20,000 nt of DNA from an uncultured virus (IMG/VR IMGVR_UViG_3300010383_000006) (taxonomy: Duplodnaviria > Heunggongvirae > Uroviricota > Caudoviricetes), in the IMG/VR virus record IMGVR_UViG_3300010383_000006; one strand, 5' to 3'. The position numbers and the translations under genes are program-made. Position 1 is the stretch's first letter, and every line of letters starts with the position of its first letter. Shown in pieces: positions 8,411 through 17,171 of this stretch. Below the pieces are notes generated by a model. The model saw only the letters and a list, made by a program, of their open reading frames with translations. It was not told where the DNA came from and did not search any database.

Positions 8411-8755
8411 TTAGGCACCTTTGGCGATGGCGTTGATGGCGGCCGCAGTCCCCGGGGCCGCAGCGATCTTGTTCTGCGCCGGATCCACGACGATCGCGGC
8501 GAGGGTTTTGTTGGCCTGGGCGTTGACCTCGAGGCGCTCGACGCCGGGCATCGCCAGCACGCCCTTGACCTGCGCGCTCTGGCCCGTGAGCACCACCAGC
8601 ACCGCCGACACCAGCGAGTTCGCGAGGCTGGCGATCGAGACGATGGCCTTGGCAGTACCGGGTCCGAACAGGTCGGTGAGTTGGGTGACTGAGCCGACGA
8701 TGACGCCGAGCACGGCGGAAATGATCGCGATAACCTGGGTGCCGTTGAGGTTCAT
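8411..8755 (-). CDS. Putative holin (about 2 TM, 114 aa); start reassigned to ATG 8755
   Basis: ATGA overlap with the endolysin stop. Hydrophobic 'VIAIISAVLGVIVGSV' and 'IVSIASLANSLVSAVLVVL'. Confidence 0.65.
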   Translation of the reverse strand: MNLNGTQVIAIISAVLGVIVGSVTQLTDLFGPGTAKAIVSIASLANSLVSAVLVVLTGQSAQVKGVLAMPGVERLEVNAQANKTLAAIVVDPAQNKIAAAPGTAAAINAIAKGA

Positions 8756-9576
8756 GGTGCCCCCTTCAATGCGGTGCGCGTGAGAGGTCCAGCGATGCCG
8801 TCCACCGCCAAGCCCTTGAGTTTCTGGAAAGACCTCACAGCGGCGCGCGTGAGATTGCCAATGATCCCGTCGACTTTCAGTTTGGCGCCGTGAGCGTTCA
8901 ACCGCGCCTGTAGCCACTTCGTCGACGTCAATTCCTCGGCCGTAAGATCGCCTGTCTCGGCCTCTTGGGAGGTCGGCGGGACCACAACGTGCTCGCCACC
9001 TTCTCCCTGTTGAGCGTTCGCCATGTACTCGACGACATCCCGAACGAATCGCTCCTTGTTGAGATTTTTACCCGGGCAAGTGCGATGTGTCGATTTCAGG
9101 TCCTCTTTGTGGAAGTGAATCCCGCTCACGCCCTTGACGTATTTGGCGGGGTCGAGACCGAGGCGCAGGTGCAGTTCTCCGGTGAGGGCGACCAGCGCAG
9201 CCTCACTCAAGGTCCCCTCGAACTGTTCGCGCTCGAACTCGCCCACGGTCTCGATGCCGATGGCGACTCCGTTCCATGAGGGGGAGTGGGTGCCGCGGAC
9301 GTTGAACGGCGCACCGAGGCCGATCCGGCCATCCGGGCCGACAAAGGCGTGCGGCATCGAGGCCCAGCCGAGCCCGGCATAGTAGGCGGCGAGGTTTTTC
9401 AGCCACTGCTCGAACGTCGGTTTGCCGGCCGCCTTCCAGCGGTTGAACGTCGCGATGTCCGGGATGCTGGTATTGTGAATTTCGACAAAACGGGGACGAA
9501 ACACCCCGTTGAATTCCGTCGCGTCCAGAACGCTGCGAATCTGCGGAATGGTGATCACCCGACCGTCGAGTTTCAT
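8752..9576 (-). CDS. Endolysin: N-acetylmuramoyl-L-alanine amidase (Amidase_2-type) with C-terminal peptidoglycan-binding domain
   Basis: Zn-ligand motifs 'EIHNT', 'HFHKE' and 'TCPG'; 'HSPSWNGVAIGIE'. PG_binding_1-like 'WLQARLN...VDGIIGNLTRAAVRSFQ...VDGIAGPLT'. GAGGGG RBS. Confidence 0.92.
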   Translation of the reverse strand: MKLDGRVITIPQIRSVLDATEFNGVFRPRFVEIHNTSIPDIATFNRWKAAGKPTFEQWLKNLAAYYAGLGWASMPHAFVGPDGRIGLGAPFNVRGTHSPSWNGVAIGIETVGEFEREQFEGTLSEAALVALTGELHLRLGLDPAKYVKGVSGIHFHKEDLKSTHRTCPGKNLNKERFVRDVVEYMANAQQGEGGEHVVVPPTSQEAETGDLTAEELTSTKWLQARLNAHGAKLKVDGIIGNLTRAAVRSFQKLKGLAVDGIAGPLTRTALKGAP

Positions 9577-9607
9577 GCTGCCCCTCGTTTACTTCACAGC
9601 CATCTGG

Positions 9608-12600
9608 CTATTGCTGCCCCAACCCTTGGGGCTGATCCTGATTCTGATCGGCGCGGGCTGGCAACGAACCGCCCCACCCCGTGGTGTCGATATGCAGGCG
9701 CGGAATACCGGTCTCCTGACCTGCGTTCGCGAGGCGATCGGCCAGCGCGCGCATCCCGTCCGCGACCTTCTGGTTGCTGACCATGATCCGCAGCCCTTGA
9801 GCGAGTTTGCGCGGATCGTCGGAGGTGAGCAGATCGGCCACCCGGGCGGCGGTGGCGGAATCGACCTTGCCGATGAGTTTGCGCGCCCCGGCCGCCATCT
9901 CGCTGGCGAGCGCGCGCCGGGCACCAGCAGCCCCGGCAGCGCCGGCCACGGCCCCTTTCCAATCGCCGTCGAGGTAGCCGCCGAGCGCGCCCCCGGCCAG
10001 ACCCGCCTCGATCAGTTGCCGCGCCGTCGTTGAGTTGCCCATCGCCTTGCGGGCGCCGTCCATCACCGCCTCGAGGGTCATGCGGGCTTGCAGCTTGCGC
10101 AGGCCAGCGTCCCCGAACAGGACCCGCGCCATCTCACGCTCATTCGGGGAGTTGAACATCGCCTTGGTGATGTCGCGGCTGTCGCGGAAGCCGCCGATCA
10201 CCCGACCGGCCCAGTCCGAGGCGAAGCCCTCGCGGAATAGGTCTTTCTCTTCCGGCGACATCTTACGCATCAGGCCCGCGACCACCTGCGGGTCCACGCG
10301 CTTGCCCGCGAGTTGACGCCCGGCCTCGAGCGCATCGCGCTCTCCGAAGAACTGTGCCGCGATCCCGCGCGCCTGCCCATATTCCGGCACCGCCTCGTCC
10401 AGTTTGCCGCGCAGCACCTTCGACCAGGCGTTGCCATCAGCCCCCATCTTGTCGAGGTTCTTTTTCACCACGTCCCAGAATTGCAGGTTGGGCGTGAAAT
10501 TCGGATCGGTCAGCGTCACCGTGCCGTCCTTGTTGAACTGGAACGGATTCACCGGAGGCTTGAGACCCAGCTTGGCCGCCTCGTTGCGGCCGTTCACGGT
10601 GGCCATGCGAATCGCCTGCCCGACCACCGGGGCCTGCGCCATCTGGGCGAACTCATCGTCCCACATGCCCTGCGCGCCGGGCTGCGCGAACGCCTTGCGG
10701 TAGGCCGGGATGCGCGCGACGTCGTACTCGGCCACCAACTGGTCGGCGGTCTTGTGAGCATTGGCGCCGCCGCTGACAAGGCTGCGGACATCGTGCGCGA
10801 CGCGCTCGGCCTGCCCCTCGAACCGGTCTCCGAACGCCTTTTCCAGCGTGCCCCGGGCCTCCGGGGAGGTGTTGGCTGCCGAGCGCAGCAGCGATTGCAC
10901 CCGGGTGCCCCCGAAATCGGCCAAGGTCACCGGCTCGCCGGCCGCTTTCGCCGCCTGCCACTGCGCCGGGGTGAGGCCGGTCATCTTGCCCGCCGCGATG
11001 TCAGCCGAATCGGCCTCGGCCGCGGTGAACAGACGCCGCGCCGCTTCCGCCTCAGATCCCCGGGTGAGACCGACCACCGAATTCCANNNNNNNNNNNNNN
11101 NNNNNNNNNNNGGTCGGCCGGATCGAGGGTGCGCTTGAGGAAATACCCCGCGCCTTCGGTCAGGGGAGCCGCCAGGGCGCCGCCAGCGCCGCCCGCCACC
11201 GCGCCCGCACCAGCGCCCACCGCGCGGGACGCCGCATCCTCGCCCTCGCCAGCGCCCGCCAGCGCCCCATATTCCGAGCCGACCAGCGCGCCCTGCCGCA
11301 TCCGGGCGCCCAGCGTGACCCCGCGCGCCGCCATGCCGCCCGGCAGCGCCATCATCGACGGCACTGCGCCTGCGAACTCGCCGCCCATGTAGGCGTAGGG
11401 GTGCTGCTCCTTGGCCAGCTTGTTGGCCTCGCGCTCGCGCTTCGCTCCGGCCTCATAGGCTTCCTCGGCCCCGGGCGCGCCGGTCCAGTAACGGTACGCG
11501 CCCTTCATCACCGAGATCGGGTCATTCCACTCATCCGGCTTGACGCCGCCCGCCTCACCGATGCCGCGCAATTCATCACCGAAACCGAACGTCGCGCCCT
11601 GATAGGCGCCGCGGGCCGCCGCGCTCATTGCACCGGCATCCGGCTTCACTTCCTCGAACGGCTGGTTCGGATCGAACGCAGGTTCGACCACATCGAACGG
11701 CTTGTCAGGATCGAACGTCGGAGCGCCGGCCATATCCACTCTCCCGCCTTGCGCGCGAAAATCGTCGCTCTGAATAAACGCCCAATCGTCCGGCGTCATC
11801 ATCGAGTTGGTCTGCTCAAGGTAGTCGTTGAGGATGCGGCTGCGGTCGTTATTCCACGCCGCGCGCACTTCCCCGACGTGGCGATCCCATGATCCCTTGG
11901 CCGGGTCGGGCCGCTTGAAGTCCCAGCCCTTGGCCGATTTGCCGGTGGGGATGCCCTGCCCGCGCTTTTTGATCGCCTGAATTTTGTAGTTCGGATCGTT
12001 GAGCGGGTCCCAGCGCATCGCGGACAGCGGGGTGCCGAACACCGCCGAGTCGTCGAACAGCGCGAACCCCTTGCTGCGCGCCTGGTCTTTCAGCGACTGC
12101 GGGATGTCGATGTACCAGACCGGCTCCTTGGCCTGCTGCAATTTGATCGGAGGATCGGTGCGGTTCTCATTGATCCGCGCCAGCCACTGATCGGCGGCGG
12201 CGCGATTTTGTGCGGGCCAGTCCGCAATGACGTGCCCACGGTTGTCGACGGCTTCCCATTTTCCGGGCAGATGACCCTTCTGCGCCTTCACCCCGTACTG
12301 TTTCGCGATCTTCTCGATCGATTTGGGAATCATCTGGTCATAGAACCCGCGCATTCCCTCGCCGCCGATCTTGAGGTCGGCATTGCGCAGGATGCTCACG
12401 CCCCTATCGTTCGGTTCGGTTTTCAGCAGCTTCTCGGCCGCTTCCTTGCCGATGTGATCAGCCAGTTTGGCCTCGGGCACCACGCTGGTGATGTGCTTCA
12501 CGCCGTTTTTGTCGACCGCTTCCAGATAGCCGGATTTCTTGTCGTAATTGATCTGGTCGATGGTCTTGCTCAGATCGTAGCGCGCCGCCTGCGCGTCGCC

Positions 12601-15600
12601 CGGCGTCCACGACAGCCGGTCATAGCCGCCCTCGGCCGCTTCACGCAGCGCGCGCTTGAGCGCCAGTTCGTGCCACGTCTTTTTGAATGGGGCATCGGGG
12701 ACGCCGGTATCCTTCTTGCTGGACGCCCGGTCATTCAACTCCCGCCAGCGGGCCTGCTGCTCAGGAGACGCGGCTGAGAAGTCCTCTCCGATCACGTCCC
12801 GCTCGGCAATCTCGGCGTTCGAGAGCGGCTTCTTTGTGTTGTACCCCTTGTCGCGCCCCTGCTGGTGCCAGTCCGACTGGATTTCCTCGAGGTGGAGCGA
12901 GCGCGCCTGACGCGGCTTGGGTTCGGGCGGCAGGCTGGCGCGCAACTGATCCTCCTGCGCGCGCAACTCCTGCAGCCGGTTCTGCAACGGGATGAGTTCG
13001 GGCAAGTCCTCGCCGTACAGCGCCTGTTCAAGCAGCTTGTTGGTTTCTGGACCTGAGACCTTCCCGCTGCGGTAATCCTCCATGATCTGATCGCGCTTCG
13101 CCTGCCGGAGCGGCTTCGCGGTCGCATTGATCTCGCGCGCCACGTCGGCCTGCTGGGCGCGGATCGAATCCAGTTGCCCCTGTGCCGCCCGGCGCGCCTC
13201 GATCGCCGCCGTTTCCTCCGGCGTGAACGGCAGCGCCATCGAGCGGTCGTTCATCCGCATGTGCGCCACGATGTTCGGCTCATCCCAGTGGGAGGATTTG
13301 TAATTGTCTCCGCTCACCACGTCGCGATTCTGTTCCATCCACCGCGAATATGCCGCGCGAGCCTCCGGGCCATCCTGCATCCCCTGCTGTTCGGCCCATT
13401 GGGCAAACGTCTTGGGACCAGAGGCGCGACGATCCGGCAGCGTCAGTAGCATCTCGCGGTAGTTCTCGCCGCCCGGCAGTTGGTACTGGTGATAGCGCGT
13501 CGGCGGGGGACCAGCCTCCAACTCATTGGCACGCTTGTCGGCCAACGCGAGAAAGCGATCAGACTGCGGATCAAGATCAGGGTTCTCGCGGGTGATTTCC
13601 TCAGTGGCGCGGTCCCAAACCGTGTCGGGATCATGTCCCTTGCCGCCCTTCCACACCTCGTTGAGGTGCACCTGGTTGTCGGCCAGATGCTCGGCGATCT
13701 CCTGCTTGGTGACGGGCTGGCCTTTGCGCTCGGCAAGGAAGTCGGCGAGGCCGGTCCACTGCAATTCCTCGGCCTTCACGCCCGGCTTGTTCGACAGCGT
13801 GCCCAGCCACTGGTCGCCGGTCATCTTGGGCTGCTTGATGTCGCCCACCGCACGCTCGACTGCGGAAAAGAACGGGGGGGCACGCTCCAATGCCGCGAGC
13901 GGCGCGCCGACGTTGCCGGAATCCGAATAAAGCACGCGCTCGACATGGGATCCGTTAGGCACCACCGCCGACACCGACCCGGCATCCTCACCGACGTTTC
14001 GATAATAATAGCCGCGCTTTGCCGCTCCGCGCTTTAATTGACCACGCATGTATCCGTTCGCGCGAAAATCCTCATGCGGTGCATTGCGCTGGTTCGACAT
14101 CCGCCCGGTGATCCGGTACGGCTCGACCGACGGCTTCACATCCATCGGCATCACTGAGCCGTCGGGATAACGCACTTCTTTGGTCGGATAATAATCATGA
14201 AGCGGGGCGTCGACATTGTATCCTGTGCGGTTGTATCCGCGCGGGTCCATCCGCTTCAAAGTTTCTTGGCCTGCCAGCAGAGTGCGACCATATTCCGCGT
14301 CGCCGCTCCACCCGCGGCCGTGCGCCGGAATGCCGATCCTCGCCTCAAGCGCCTCCTGCGCCGCTTTCCTTGTCCCGAGATGCAGCCCACTCTCACCCCC
14401 TCGCAAATCGCCGCTGGCGGACCCGTGCCACCACACATTCGGGTCACCCTCAAGCGGCGCTAGACGCTGCGCCCTTTCCAGCGCGGACAGCGGCGCGCCC
14501 GGCGCGGCGGCGTCCTCAAGCAGCAGTCCCGACTTGCCGAGGTTCTTGGGATCGAACCGCGCGAACTGCGAGCGCACCTGCTCGGGACCGAACGGAATTG
14601 CCACGGTGTGCCCCATGCCGCCCATCTTGCCGCCGGTATCAAGGATGCCGTCATAGCCCAGCGAGCGCAGCGCGTTGGTGATCTTGTCGGGGATCGAGGT
14701 CCAAACGTAGGAATTCTCGCCACTGGCATAATCCTGCTTGGCCTGCTCGATCCATTCCTTCGGCGTATAGCGGTGGTTTTTGTCCCACATATCGGCGCCG
14801 AATTCGGCCTTGCGCGAGCGGTCACGCTTGAACATTTCCTCGAGCCGCGGCAGCACCCTCTCAGTCATCACCTGCGTGTTGGTGGTGTCGAGCGGGTTGG
14901 TCATGCGGATGCGCGCCGGCGTGACGCCGCGCGCCTCGGTCCACGGCGCGGTGGTTTCGCTGATCTGATGGGGGTAGCCCGCGAGCCGGTAAACCTCCGA
15001 CAACTGGCTAGGATCATCCACAAACCGCCCGCTGTCGTTCCAGAGTTCGCGCAATGCAGCAAGATGGTTGCCGCGCGCCTCGTTGTTCAAAACCCAGTCG
15101 TAGTGGCTTCCGGCCCCGGTGGCATTCACGCCCTCGGGATGAAGGGTAAGAGGACCTTCGGCCATGTCGATATTCTCATGGCCGATGCGCCGCGCCTTGG
15201 CGGCAATTTCCGCGCGCTGCTCCGGCGACAGAAACCGCCACGTATCCTCGACCGGAATCCGGGTGCGCGAGGCCCAACCCAGATCCTTGGGGTGGATAGT
15301 GAAGTAGTCCGCCACGCGGCCCTCATCCACCAGCGACGTGTCGGGCTTTTTGCCCATCGCGTAGGAGGATGCCATTTCGGGATTGTCGGTGAAGTACGGC
15401 ATCGGCCCCGACGTCGCGCGCTTGGGGTCGATCTTTCCGCTCTCGGTAAAACGGTCCATGCGCAGACCGCCGTGATACCACGGTCCCTCGAATCCCTGTT
15501 CGGCGGCACGGGCCATGCGCGAGGCTTCATCCATCGGCAGCGCGCCCGCGCGCCGCACTGGCCCGGCCCCGAGCGACGCCACCGAACTGTCGGCCGCGCC

Positions 15601-17171
15601 GAACGCGGTGCCGCCGGCCATGCCAGCGGTGTCCTGCGCCCGCGCCAGCAATTCCTGCTGATCGAGCAGGCGCCGGGCCTCATCCTCATCGGACCACTGC
15701 CCCGGCACCGCCGGTTTGGTGTCGAACTTGCCGGCCGCGACATCGCCCGGTAGCGACGCGCCGCTGCGGATCATTTTTTCCGGCCACGTCTGATAGCGGT
15801 CCTCGCCGCCGGTCCCGAACAGCCGGTTGCCGAACATGGTGCCGGGCGAGAATTCCATCTCCCCCAATCGGGTGAGGAAATTGCCGTCGCCACCCAGATC
15901 CACCACGTCGCCGCCCTCGGCATAACCCACCCGACCGCCGGACGCGCGCCCGCGCGGCATCTGCGCGTTACAGCAGGCATGGGGATGAACAGCGACATCG
16001 AGGTCGAACTGGTTGGGAAACTCGCGGTTCAATTCTTCATACAGCCCGCACTTGCCCGCGTCGAAATACCGGCAGTTCTCGCACCGCACCGGGTGATCGA
16101 CATAGCCGACCTCGGCCTTGGTCATGTTGGCGATCGGGTGGCCGAGCGGCGCGCCCTTGATGTAGAACCCGCAACTGCCGTTTTCGGGATCGACCTTGGC
16201 GCCGCCCATGATCGCGCAGTGCTCATGGCCGAACCGGCAGGTGCCGCACTGGGCAAACCGTCCGCTGGTGCTGTCGAGATACAGGAAGGCGTCGCGGCCC
16301 ATCTTGGTGCGCCGATCCGGCACGCGGCCGCCCGCAGCGCGGGCGTACAGCCGCTCCTGATCTTCGTGCAGTTGGCGCGCATAGGCGTCGGAATTTTCCG
16401 GGGTATCAAACACCCCGAGATGCTTGCCGCTCATTCTGTAAAGCCGCACGGCGTCGGCATCGGAAAGTACCGCGCCATCTGGGCTCACGGTCGGTAGCAA
16501 CACCTCGCGGCCGTCCATATTCACACCGATCGACCGCACAGTGCTGATTGAGCCATCCGGGTTGTGCACCACCGGCCGAGAATTGAGATCGATGTTGCCG
16601 GGTTCGACCATGCCGGGCACTCGACCGCCGCTGGCACGGTGCAACGGTTTGGTGGTGTCGCCGGTTTTCAGCCAGTCCTTGAACTGGTCGACCGTCATTT
16701 CGGTGAGCGCACCGAGGCGTTGGTCGGCTTTGCCGTCCGAGAACGCCTTGCGGTAGGTGGCGAGCACATGACGCGGCGACGCGAACCCGAAAAACACCTT
16801 GTGCTCATCCCACCGTCCCGTGTCGGCGTCGCGCTGGTCGACCACGAACACCTTGGCGCTCTTGAGGTGGGGTCCCACATAGACGTCGACATGATCACCG
16901 TCCGCGCCCTCGGTGCGGCGGATATAGCCNNNNNNNNNNNNNNNNNNNNNNNNNNNNTATAGCCATAATGCGCGGGCAGGCGGCATTTCCACGGCTTGCC
17001 GTCCGGCCCTTTCCCCGAGCGCGTCGCGCCGCAGGCGTTCTCGATCACCACATCAAGGCCGTGCGCCTTGACGCGGCCCTTGCGGTAATTGCCCGCCGCC
17101 TTCTGGCCCTCGGTCGGCGCGGCGTTGGTGCGCCGGGCCTGATCGTCGAGATGCTTGCGCAGATCCATCAC
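9608..17171 (-). CDS. Giant (~2,500 aa) polyvalent, probably virion-ejected protein: InPase-like, GNIDL domain, tandem HiPIP-like, two ART-like, EEIQSDW domain, C-terminal ejection-protein-like region. Split into ORFs 16695-17171, 10981-16992 and 9608-11077 by two N-gaps
   Basis: Both frame changes coincide with N runs. At 16930-16957 the flanks share 'tatagcc'; collapsing the gap (35 nt) restores frame and the motif HYGYIRRTEGADGDHVD. At 11087-11111 both frames are open up to the gap. The start (GTG 17171 or ATG 17168) overlaps the upstream TGA. Confidence 0.82.
11087..11111. other. Assembly gap (25 N) inside the giant gene
   Basis: Run of n; its nominal length is out of frame with the flanking open frames. 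Confidence 0.99.
16930..16957. other. Assembly gap (28 N), probably spurious because the flanks overlap by 7 nt
   Basis: Left flank ends ...gatatagcc; right flank begins tatagccataatg. Confidence 0.95.

Noticed and set aside
10981..16992. Treating the 2003-aa, 489-aa and 158-aa ORFs as separate genes, pseudogenes or programmed frameshifts
   Set aside because: Both frame changes fall exactly on N-gaps, and one gap collapses to a perfect in-frame join. An assembly artefact is the simplest explanation.
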